From NCBI GenBank assembly GCA_007376385.1, contig VMGC01000003.1:69259-133258 (forward strand): a stretch of 64,000 nucleotides of DNA, in the 5' to 3' direction. The position numbers were made by a program, and so were the translations under genes. The DNA comes from Parcubacteria group bacterium Gr01-1014_8 (GTDB taxonomy: Bacteria > Patescibacteriota > Minisyncoccia > Phycocordibacterales > UBA2100). Positions 38,439 through 46,463 of the stretch are shown piece after piece; position 1 is the first letter of the stretch, and each line of letters begins with the position of its first letter. The notes under the pieces were generated by a model. It saw only the letters and a program-made list of their open reading frames with translations. It searched no databases and was not told the origin of the DNA.

Positions 38439-39287
38439 TTATTTTCGCTTTCCGACCTTGCGGCGAGAAACGATAAATACGTTGGAATACTTCTTCGGCC
38501 GGCGCGATTTCTGACCCTTGCCAGTCGGTTTCCCCCACATGGATTTGGCACGACGCAGGCCTCTGCCCTGTTTGCCTTCACCGCCGCCATGCGGGTGATC
38601 AACAGGGTTCATGGCGCTGCCTCGAACTGTAGGGCGAATGCCGAGCCAGCGCGAACGGCCAGCTTTTCCCAGTACCTGCAAACGATGCTCATCATTCGAT
38701 GATTCCCCCACTGTCGCCCACGCTGTACCGATGATGCGTCGGATTTCGGAAGACGGCATTTTAAGGTGCGTGTAGCCAGCGTCCTGTGCGATGACTTCCG
38801 CAAAATTTCCCGCAGAGCGCGCTACCTTGCCGCCCGCACCCGGCATGAGTTCAATATTGAACACGAATGTTCCTACCGGAATATTAGAGAGCGGAAGTCT
38901 GTTTCCACGCTGTATAGGCGCTTGCTCGGAGACAACAAAGGTCTCGCCGACCTTCATTAATTTCGGGACAATGACATACCTGCGTTCTCCGTCAGCATAG
39001 ATAGCGAGCCCGATGAATGCGGAGCGATTTGGGTCGTATTCAATTGTCGCGATGCGCGCAGGAACATTCTTCTTATTCAATCGAAAATCAACATCTCTCA
39101 TGAGACGCTTGTGTCCCCCGCCTTTGTGACGAGTTGTGATGCGGCCGAATGCGTTGCGGCCCGCGGCGCGCTTTTTCCCAGATCGGAGGAATTTCGCAGG
39201 CTTGTGCCCTGAGAGCATCGCGCGGAAGTTGACCCGGCTCATACCGCGCTGCCCATCCGTCGTCGGTTTGTAGAATTTCATGCTCAT
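38439..39287 (-). CDS. rplB: 50S ribosomal protein L2
   Basis: NPVDHPHGGGEGK and overall L2 length. Confidence 0.95.
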   Translation of the reverse strand: MSMKFYKPTTDGQRGMSRVNFRAMLSGHKPAKFLRSGKKRAAGRNAFGRITTRHKGGGHKRLMRDVDFRLNKKNVPARIATIEYDPNRSAFIGLAIYADGERRYVIVPKLMKVGETFVVSEQAPIQRGNRLPLSNIPVGTFVFNIELMPGAGGKVARSAGNFAEVIAQDAGYTHLKMPSSEIRRIIGTAWATVGESSNDEHRLQVLGKAGRSRWLGIRPTVRGSAMNPVDHPHGGGEGKQGRGLRRAKSMWGKPTGKGQKSRRPKKYSNVFIVSRRKVGKRK

Positions 39288-39290
39288 AAA

Positions 39291-39680
39291 TTATGCAATG
39301 GTTATTGTTTCGCCTTTTGTAAGGTATACGTATGCTTTCTTTCCTCCTTGTTTTGTGCCGCGAGCGCCTGTCCTTGAGTTTCGAACCTTCTTCTCAGGAA
39401 CCGATACTACGCGAACCATGCGAGGTTGTACTTTGTAGTACTTCAGAACGGCCTCTGATATTTCCCTCTTGGTAGCACGGGATGCCACGTCAAACACATA
39501 CACGCTCATCAACGCCGCTGCAGTTGCTTTCTCTGTTATCCGAGGACGCATGAGGATGTGCGAGAGATCAGTGTTACTTTTGCTCTCACTTCGGCGAGTT
39601 ATTTGGCTCGCAGGTGCGGCAACAGAAAGCACGTCCGCCTTCGGTTCCGTCTTTGGTTTTCTGCTGAAAAGTGCATTCAT
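39291..39680 (-). CDS. rplW: 50S ribosomal protein L23 (N-terminal extension)
   Basis: ILMRPRITEKAT...YVF core. Confidence 0.9.
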   Translation of the reverse strand: MNALFSRKPKTEPKADVLSVAAPASQITRRSESKSNTDLSHILMRPRITEKATAAALMSVYVFDVASRATKREISEAVLKYYKVQPRMVRVVSVPEKKVRNSRTGARGTKQGGKKAYVYLTKGETITIA

Positions 39681-39688
39681 AAATATTT

Positions 39689-40444
39689 TTATTGGTCACC
39701 TTTTTCCACCTCGCGCACTGACGTTACACTCGCTTTTGCTCGCTTCGTTTTTGCAGGCGCCTTCTTCTCGTCTTTCTTTTGTTCCCCAAAACGATGCGCA
39801 AGAATTGCAACAGCTGCCTCTGGATTCTCTATCACGAGGTATGAGTTTCTCATAACAGACACCGGATTCAGTTCGCGCACTGCCCTGCATTCGATGTTTG
39901 CGATGTTGCGAAAACTTTTCACCGATGCTTCGCGCGGGTCAGCAAGGGCAACGAGCGCCGCGTTCCGTGTCTTTTCGTGCATGGCATTAAAACCAAGCGC
40001 CTTTCCGAGCGAGGCGATCGCTTTCTTTGCGAGGGCGGTCTTCGGCGCATCGATCCCGAATGAATCAACGAACACAACTTCGCCACTCTTCAATTTTCGA
40101 GAAAGCGCCATTGCGAGCGCTTTGATGCGCATCTTTCTCGGGATCTCGCGGGCATATGACTTTTCATTGCGAGGGCCGTGCGTCACTCCACCGCCGCGCC
40201 ATATCGGCGAGCGTATAGAACCGTGACGAGCGCGGCCAGTTCCCTTTTGCTGCCATGGTTTTTTGCCGCCGCCCCGTACCTCGCCGCGCTCCTTTACGTG
40301 CGCGACCGGTGTGCGAGCATTTGAAAGCATAGATGTCACGACCTGATGCATCAGCGAATCATTCCACGCAACATCAAAGACACGCTCTGGCAATTCCACC
40401 GAGCCTGACTTTTTTCCTTGTGTGTTGTATACGTCGTATTTCAT
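39689..40444 (-). CDS. rplD: 50S ribosomal protein L4
   Basis: MKYDVYNTQGKKSGSVELPERVF. Confidence 0.95.
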   Translation of the reverse strand: MKYDVYNTQGKKSGSVELPERVFDVAWNDSLMHQVVTSMLSNARTPVAHVKERGEVRGGGKKPWQQKGTGRARHGSIRSPIWRGGGVTHGPRNEKSYAREIPRKMRIKALAMALSRKLKSGEVVFVDSFGIDAPKTALAKKAIASLGKALGFNAMHEKTRNAALVALADPREASVKSFRNIANIECRAVRELNPVSVMRNSYLVIENPEAAVAILAHRFGEQKKDEKKAPAKTKRAKASVTSVREVEKGDQ

Positions 40445-40449
40445 ATAAT

Positions 40450-41058
40450 TTAGCCTCGGATCTCAACCAGCGTGCCGGGCCTTCCTGGCACGGCACCTGA
40501 GATAACAAGAGTATTGGATCCAGCATCAACCTGCAAAACACGCAGATTCCTCACGGTTATTCGATCGCCTCCCATGCGGCCGGCCATTCGCATCCCTTTC
40601 ACCACGCGTCCGCCGGCACGACCGCCGCCTCCGATTGAACCCGGAGAACGCTCTTTGTTTTTTTGACCGTGCGAGCGAGGGCCTCCCTTAAAACCGTGCC
40701 TCTTCACGACACCTTGAAAACCCTTTCCTTTTGATATCGCGGACACTTCAACAATATCGCCCGGTGCAAACACTGAGACATTTATTGTCGCGCCCCTTTC
40801 CATTGTTTCCGCTCCTTTAAATTCTCGGGCGTATCGGAAATTTCCGAGATCTTTGAAGTGCCCTTGTACCGCCTTGCTCAGATTCTTCTGTTTCCGGTCG
40901 CCGAAGCCAAATTGCACGGCCGCGTAGCCATCCTTTTCAACACTTTTAGCCTGAGTCACTGTGAGTGGCCCAGCAGTAATGATGGTCGCAGCAGCAACTG
41001 CGCCATCTTCATTGAAGATCTGGGTCATTCGACCCTTAGTTCCGAGCATGAATTTCAT
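40450..41058 (-). CDS. rplC: 50S ribosomal protein L3
   Basis: MKFMLGTKGRMTQIFNEDG. Confidence 0.95.
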   Translation of the reverse strand: MKFMLGTKGRMTQIFNEDGAVAAATIITAGPLTVTQAKSVEKDGYAAVQFGFGDRKQKNLSKAVQGHFKDLGNFRYAREFKGAETMERGATINVSVFAPGDIVEVSAISKGKGFQGVVKRHGFKGGPRSHGQKNKERSPGSIGGGGRAGGRVVKGMRMAGRMGGDRITVRNLRVLQVDAGSNTLVISGAVPGRPGTLVEIRG

Positions 41059-41170
41059 GTTAGAGATTCTTAGCGAGTTACTACGAGCTTAGAAGCTCTT
41101 ACACCCTGTTAAATGCAACTCTTCCGAGGTTGCCCCGCCTCTGGCGGGATTTAACAGGGTTGTGAAAACT
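41059..41170. repeat. Structured intergenic repeat, copy C (5' leader immediately upstream of rplC start; lacks the 5' module of copies A/B)
   Basis: ACACCCTGTTAAAT-[two hairpins incl. CCCGCCTCTGGCGGG]-ATTTAACAGGGTTG plus conserved 3' module ...CGAGCTTAGAAGC...CTAACATG. Confidence 0.75.
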
Positions 41171-41321
41171 ATAGTCGTCCTCGCTTCGCTTCGACCCCTT
41201 AGTTTTCAACAAAAAACCGCGCCACTGGCGCGGATGGTTCATCCGAGTCCAGTGGTCCCGTATTGGGACATGGGTGACCCGTGAGATGGCGGCCTTGCGG
41301 CCTATCTCATGGGTTCGCGGC

Positions 41322-41350
41322 ACTATACACCCCATGAGATAACAAGTCAA
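41322..41350 (-). promoter_or_regulatory. Candidate sigma-70-type promoter of the rplC-led operon (TTGACT-17-TATAGT)
   Basis: Minus-strand TTGACTTGTTATCTCATGGGGTGTATAGT; predicts a ~255-nt structured leader containing repeat copy C. Confidence 0.5.
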
Positions 41351-41414
41351 AAACTTCTCGTACAGAACAGATTTTCTATCTCACGGGGTACACGAGGAGT
41401 GTACGGGATGCAAA

Positions 41415-41849
41415 CTAACTTGTTGCAGGGGGATTGTCGGCAGCGGACGCCAGCGAAGCGTTTTCCTTTCTGTGATGAATATCGTAGAGATGTTTCAAGA
41501 GCACCATGGTAAGCGCCAACGAGACCAAAATGACGCCATATAACGCAGGCATGGACAGCTGTCCTATCGGTCCTGCGGATGACTGGAAGCTGGAAGGAAC
41601 AAACGTTTGTTCCGGAAGGAAATCTTCCGCGACTCCCTGTTTCTCTGCTTCGCCTGCAAGCGACTCAACTAAAACGGCAAGTTCGCTCTCAGATAGTTCG
41701 CTTGAACGCGGATCACTCAATAAAGATGCGCGTATTTCATCGCGAAGCAGTACTGAATCATCCGCTTGCGCAAAAACACTTATCGGGAGAACGAGCGCTC
41801 CTGCAAACAAAATCACTAGTGCAGTTTTTTTAATTGAATGCACGTTCAT
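41415..41849 (-). CDS. Hypothetical exported protein (signal peptide plus C-terminal TM anchor)
   Basis: MNVHSIKKTALVILFAGALVLPISVFA signal-like N-terminus; hydrophobic C-terminal segment followed by HHRKE. Confidence 0.45.
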   Translation of the reverse strand: MNVHSIKKTALVILFAGALVLPISVFAQADDSVLLRDEIRASLLSDPRSSELSESELAVLVESLAGEAEKQGVAEDFLPEQTFVPSSFQSSAGPIGQLSMPALYGVILVSLALTMVLLKHLYDIHHRKENASLASAADNPPATS

Positions 41850-41853
41850 ACGT

Positions 41854-42876
41854 CTAGAGTTCTTGGAAAATCGGGATAATGTTCACCGTCGCGGTCGGCT
41901 TTGGCAGAAATACCCCGCCGCTCGACTTCGTGCAGGAGAGTGTGTAGGTGGTCTGCGTAGAAATAGCGCTTGAAGTCTGCGTCCCAGACGTGCCTGACCA
42001 CGCATCGGTTATGTCGGGGTTATCCTCGGTGACTGTGCACGATGTTATGCCGGAGCTAATCCAGCTAACCTCTGTGGTCTCGCCTGCTCTGATGAGTGAT
42101 GGAGATACAGCGATGTCGGCCGCAGATGCGTCTCCTCCGCCAGAGAGACATGCGCCATTTGCACATCCATATGCGCACGCTTGTTCAAACTGATTCGAGC
42201 ACGTAGGAGGGTTTACTCTTCTGTAGAGGTCATTGCCTACGCACGTGAACTGCGGGCTGCATGCGGCATTAACAGTTACGGTTACATTACATGACCATGA
42301 CTCCGTTTGTACCAAGGCATCCCCGCTCTGTACCGACGAACGCGTACCTGTAAGCGTGTAGGTCGTACTTTGTGTCGGTGTGACCGACCACGAACCTGCC
42401 CACGCAACACCGCCAGGCGTTGGCGAGAGCGTTCGGGTCCATGGGTTAATGGGATCCGTTTCTGAACTCCACGAAAGATTGGATACTTGGCCGGATGCTA
42501 CTGTTAACGGCGACGCATATATGACACATCCGGAGCTTGGCTGTATCGGCGTATCGCAATCGCCGCTCTGATGGGGATTTGACGGACATGAGGCGGGAAC
42601 GATGCGTAACCCCGATCCGCTGTATTCCGTAAAACGAGTTTCTGAAGAAACTATGCCATCCTGCATTTGCAAAGCCCCGCTGAATTGAAAGACAGCTATC
42701 GAGAGCATACCGAACAATATTGCCCAATATGTGCGCGTAGATATGCCGCGCAAAATCTTCTCTGCAGAAAGCAACCGCATAACCCGTTCTGTACATTGTC
42801 CTATAGACACACGAGAGAAACAATGCGGTGCCTGTGCATAATTGTCCGCATACCTTTTTACAATCTCCTTCCGCAC
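41854..42876 (-). CDS. Hypothetical Cys-rich, Ser/Thr-rich surface protein (N-terminal TM)
   Basis: TM segment YWAILFGMLSIAVFQF; ~20 Cys; T/S-rich C-terminal half. Confidence 0.45.
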   Translation of the reverse strand: MRKEIVKRYADNYAQAPHCFSRVSIGQCTERVMRLLSAEKILRGISTRTYWAILFGMLSIAVFQFSGALQMQDGIVSSETRFTEYSGSGLRIVPASCPSNPHQSGDCDTPIQPSSGCVIYASPLTVASGQVSNLSWSSETDPINPWTRTLSPTPGGVAWAGSWSVTPTQSTTYTLTGTRSSVQSGDALVQTESWSCNVTVTVNAACSPQFTCVGNDLYRRVNPPTCSNQFEQACAYGCANGACLSGGGDASAADIAVSPSLIRAGETTEVSWISSGITSCTVTEDNPDITDAWSGTSGTQTSSAISTQTTYTLSCTKSSGGVFLPKPTATVNIIPIFQEL

Positions 42877-43724
42877 ATGGCCCGGGAAACAACGTCTGTT
42901 TTGGAGACATCCATAATGGAACCAGTCTGTATACTGCGCATATTCTCCCGCAGAGAATCCTGCAATGCGTATACGCCCTCCGGTGCAATACGGGGATCAT
43001 TTCCAGGATAGGCTGTCAGCCAATCTTTTTCTGTGATGGCCATCGCCGCTTTCACTGCATCCCGCGCTTTCTTCAGGGCAGCTTCCTTTTCGCCAAGTTC
43101 AAACAGCGCGATCGAATGCGAACTAAGAAGCCAGGGATTTTCCGGAAAAAGCTGGAGGCCATGTTCCGTCGCCGCACGTGCGTCGCGAGGGCAATTGCTT
43201 TTAAGCAGGACCCACGCGTAATCATTTAATCCAGCCCAATTTGACGGCTCCCGAGACAAGTAGAGTTCGTAATCTCTCGCGGCAGCCTCATAATCAGTCA
43301 TGAAACCCTCGATAAGGCCTCGCACGTAATAGGAATTCGCCTGTGCATCGCCGTGCTCGGAGATCTCGATAGTTATGTGAGCCAGCGCGGTTGCAAAATC
43401 ACTTCTCAAAAAATAGATCCGTGCAAGTTCGTGATGCACGTATGGAAAATGGGGCATGATAAAGGCGGCTTTTTTCAGATACGTCTCGGCTTTTTTAATG
43501 CTGTATGCATCGTCGCGTGTATTGAGAAAATACGAACCCATTTCATACAGAAGTTTCGGGTCATTAGGTGCGAGCATTCGTGCAGACTCAAGATGGATGC
43601 CCTCCCACAGCGCGTGCGCGAGAGCCGTGCGATAAAAGAAGATGAGCCCCGCAACAAACAACACCGACAAGGACGCGGCGACGATCAGCTTTGCCGATCT
43701 TGCCTTCCACATGCCGTGCATCAC
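42858..43724 (-). CDS. Membrane-anchored TPR-repeat protein
   Basis: N-terminal TM plus tetratricopeptide-like repeats (A..Y...A..Y helices repeated). Confidence 0.55.
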   Translation of the reverse strand: MMHGMWKARSAKLIVAASLSVLFVAGLIFFYRTALAHALWEGIHLESARMLAPNDPKLLYEMGSYFLNTRDDAYSIKKAETYLKKAAFIMPHFPYVHHELARIYFLRSDFATALAHITIEISEHGDAQANSYYVRGLIEGFMTDYEAAARDYELYLSREPSNWAGLNDYAWVLLKSNCPRDARAATEHGLQLFPENPWLLSSHSIALFELGEKEAALKKARDAVKAAMAITEKDWLTAYPGNDPRIAPEGVYALQDSLRENMRSIQTGSIMDVSKTDVVSRAMCGRRL

Positions 43725-44863
43725 TTGCTTATCTCACCGTATTTTATGAGAAACTCCTTGAAGTTCGGATTGAGTTCTGAGAGGTCAATGTAGCCTTTGT
43801 AGTAGCGCTCCCAATCAGCCTTTGAGCGCGCTCCCCCCTCGCGCAAAAAAGCAAGATAGTAGCCCTGGTGGACTGCTGGATCCTTCTCGACGAGCGTCAT
43901 GAGCGCATTCAGATACTTGTTGATCTCGGCTTTTGCGTCCGTACCCTGCACATCGTACAGCGCAAGTGCATAGTTGAAATATGTATACGGAAGACGCGAC
44001 GCGATAAGCGGAATGGGGGCTCCTTTCTCATCCCGCGTGGTCTCATTCAATTTCACCAATGCATCCAAGGCTATTTTAGCGTCCTCAAGATACTCCGGCT
44101 GTACCCTCGCCATCACTCCATAGAGATATGATTTCCAAAAGAGGAACCGGGGCTCAACCATATACTCGAACGGCCTTCCCTCGACGGTCTTCAATTCTTG
44201 GGGAAGCAAGGCATCCGCAGATGCTATGACCTTCGCTATTTCCCCCGCGTATTCCTTTTTTTGAGCTGGCGTCGCGTTCCAGTCTCCATATAAATTCCGG
44301 ATCCTGTCCGTATACCACTGACCTATGCGAAATTGAGCCTCCGTTGTCGGATACAAGGATATGGAATATTCCGCAAGATTGCGTATCGAGGTAGCCGCGT
44401 CATCTTGGACAAGGAAACTTTGGAACGGTTCGCCGACAAATACTTCATCAAATACGAATGGTTCAAATGCCGCGTTGATATAACCGAGTAATTTGTTCAC
44501 CTGGAGAGCTTTCTCATAGTTTGTTTTGCTGAGCGTATAGGTCTCCTTTGTCAGCTGTACCGCTTCAATGCGCTTGCGAGCATCGCCGCTCATGAATTTA
44601 CCGGTATCAACTACAGAACGCGCAACAAAATTTGGCTCCGATGAACCCCGCATGACCAGCTCCGCCTGTGCGACCGCCTCATCAGATCTCCCCTGCGCTG
44701 CAAGATGCAAAGCAGTGTCCGTCATTTTCTTTTGTTCTTCTTCGCTTAAGCCGCCTCGCAATAAAAAAAGGTCCGGGCGAAAGACATACAAAGCCGCCGT
44801 CGAAAGAACTGCCGCAACAAGAAGTATAAGAACGATGATCCCCCGTATGTTTGTTCCAGTCAT
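43721..44863 (-). CDS. Hypothetical membrane-anchored protein, possibly TPR-like helical repeats
   Basis: N-terminal TM IIVLILLVAAVLSTAALYV; alpha-helical repeat-rich. Confidence 0.4.
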   Translation of the reverse strand: MTGTNIRGIIVLILLVAAVLSTAALYVFRPDLFLLRGGLSEEEQKKMTDTALHLAAQGRSDEAVAQAELVMRGSSEPNFVARSVVDTGKFMSGDARKRIEAVQLTKETYTLSKTNYEKALQVNKLLGYINAAFEPFVFDEVFVGEPFQSFLVQDDAATSIRNLAEYSISLYPTTEAQFRIGQWYTDRIRNLYGDWNATPAQKKEYAGEIAKVIASADALLPQELKTVEGRPFEYMVEPRFLFWKSYLYGVMARVQPEYLEDAKIALDALVKLNETTRDEKGAPIPLIASRLPYTYFNYALALYDVQGTDAKAEINKYLNALMTLVEKDPAVHQGYYLAFLREGGARSKADWERYYKGYIDLSELNPNFKEFLIKYGEISK

Positions 44864-44868
44864 AGAGA

Positions 44869-45195
44869 TTATTTTCCCCCGCTGCCTCCGCTTCCTCCGG
44901 CACAGCCATCACAACAATCACCTGCGCCAGCGTCACCTGCATCACCTGCATCACCTGCGCAGCCTCCACACCCACCGTCGCTGCAACCATCCGACGTGCA
45001 ACTCGAACAACTCGAACAACTGCCCGGGGCATCGGCGCGCGCCACATCAGAATTTCCTAAAACTCGCTCGCCGCCTCCCCCTCCAAATACGCGCGGCGCA
45101 ATGACAGTAAGAAGCACGATGACAGCACCGAGGAACAGTAACCCCGCATTCCGGATCGCCTTATATCCTCGCTGGGAGATGCGTACAATAGCCAT
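44869..45195 (-). CDS. Small protein with one TM helix and a Gly/Ser/Cys/Asp-rich C-terminal core; candidate RiPP precursor
   Basis: Core SCSSCSSCTSDGCSDGGCGGCAGDAGDAGDAGAGDCCDGCAGGSGGSGGK resembles microcin-B17/TOMM-type cores; lies in the island with YcaO and SagB-type genes. Confidence 0.5.
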   Translation of the reverse strand: MAIVRISQRGYKAIRNAGLLFLGAVIVLLTVIAPRVFGGGGGERVLGNSDVARADAPGSCSSCSSCTSDGCSDGGCGGCAGDAGDAGDAGAGDCCDGCAGGSGGSGGK

Positions 45196-45269
45196 AGCGA
45201 AAGTATATCAGTACACAGCACAATATCCGCGCCTTATGTGGATATGTACTTCCACCCTATCTCGCCCTG

Positions 45270-46463
45270 CTATTTTTGTATCCAATCATTGGTTTGAAAG
45301 ATCGAAAAATCCAAAGCGCATACATTCGCTGTCTCGATAACCCGATGCAGAGGCTCGTGCGCAAACGATAGATCGAGCGACCAGAAGATTTCCCGTATGG
45401 GCGGCTCGCCCCGGCACAGCGCTTTGAGTTCGAACCAGCGTGTATACGGGCTACAGCGACAAGGACGATTTTGCCATGCACCTTTTATAACCTTCTCGGT
45501 CCCGTCCTCGTACCGTACCGTCGCAAGCGATACGCCGCTCGTGGCCGGAAAGTAAGTCGCAATGCCGAGATGAGGCCTCGCAAATGTAAAACTTCGGCTA
45601 TGGAGCGCAAAGATGATCCATGCGTGCATCATCAATAGACCTAGACAGATGATGGCCATGCGCCATATGTAGGTGCCACTGGGTTTTTTTGCAGGCACGT
45701 CGAACCAAAAAAGCGCGGGCAAGATCGGCACGATAAGCAACATGTAGTATTGTTCAAAGACAACGCCTGCATACACATGGAACGCTACAAAGACGCTCAG
45801 TACGCCTCTGCGATACCGCGCGTCTTTAGAAAGGAGGTACCACACGCCGATCCACTGCAGAGCAAACGCTCCATGTACGAACCATAATTCGACGCCTGCA
45901 GGAATGAGCGGCATATCCTTCGGCAGGCCATCCAAGATATACGCGCGATAAAATTCTGTGACACCGCCAAGTACATACAGAAAGACAACAAGAGCACGCG
46001 CTGTCCATTCCTTGCATGCGGCAAATAACAGCACCGCTGACAGCAGGAGGTGCAGGTATGAGTACGCTTCGCCGGCTTCATATGAGAGAACGAGGAGAAA
46101 AAAAGCTTCCCACAACCAAGTCAGAAGAAAGATGCCGTGTGCCGCGAGCCATCGACCCCTGATCGCCGCAAATAAAGCAACCGTTTGCAGAATGAACAGG
46201 AAGCCATACAGCGCCGTCTGCGAATAACCGTATTGTTTTAAATTTAGGAAATACCATTCACCGCATTGCTGAAAAAACGGCCAGCATGTATACACGTTGC
46301 TTTGGTATGCCTGAACGGTGCCCGCATCATCGCCGACAAACGTTGCGAAGAGGAACATCTGATACGCGAGCGCAATGAAAAATAAGATGCGCGCGTTTTC
46401 GGAAGGCAAAAATTCGCTCAAAGAGAAAAACTTCTGGTAGGAATCACGGAGGCGCTCCAACAT
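45270..46463 (-). CDS. Polytopic integral membrane protein (8-10 TM); family unassigned (HTTM/SdpB-like is one possibility)
   Basis: Multiple hydrophobic helices rich in W/Y/F; first gene of a minus-strand operon that includes the Cys-rich peptide. Confidence 0.4.
   Translation of the reverse strand: MLERLRDSYQKFFSLSEFLPSENARILFFIALAYQMFLFATFVGDDAGTVQAYQSNVYTCWPFFQQCGEWYFLNLKQYGYSQTALYGFLFILQTVALFAAIRGRWLAAHGIFLLTWLWEAFFLLVLSYEAGEAYSYLHLLLSAVLLFAACKEWTARALVVFLYVLGGVTEFYRAYILDGLPKDMPLIPAGVELWFVHGAFALQWIGVWYLLSKDARYRRGVLSVFVAFHVYAGVVFEQYYMLLIVPILPALFWFDVPAKKPSGTYIWRMAIICLGLLMMHAWIIFALHSRSFTFARPHLGIATYFPATSGVSLATVRYEDGTEKVIKGAWQNRPCRCSPYTRWFELKALCRGEPPIREIFWSLDLSFAHEPLHRVIETANVCALDFSIFQTNDWIQK

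Noticed and set aside
41059-41414. rpsJ (S10) expected directly upstream of rplC
   Set aside because: No S10-like ORF is here (the only ORF, 41099-41350, is antisense to the repeat or leader). A bona fide rpsJ is found at 57610-58005 instead.
45270-46463. Assigning the polytopic membrane protein to the HTTM/SdpB (vitamin-K-carboxylase-like) family
   Set aside because: This is only a compositional and topological impression; I cannot point to a diagnostic motif. It is kept as 'family unassigned'.
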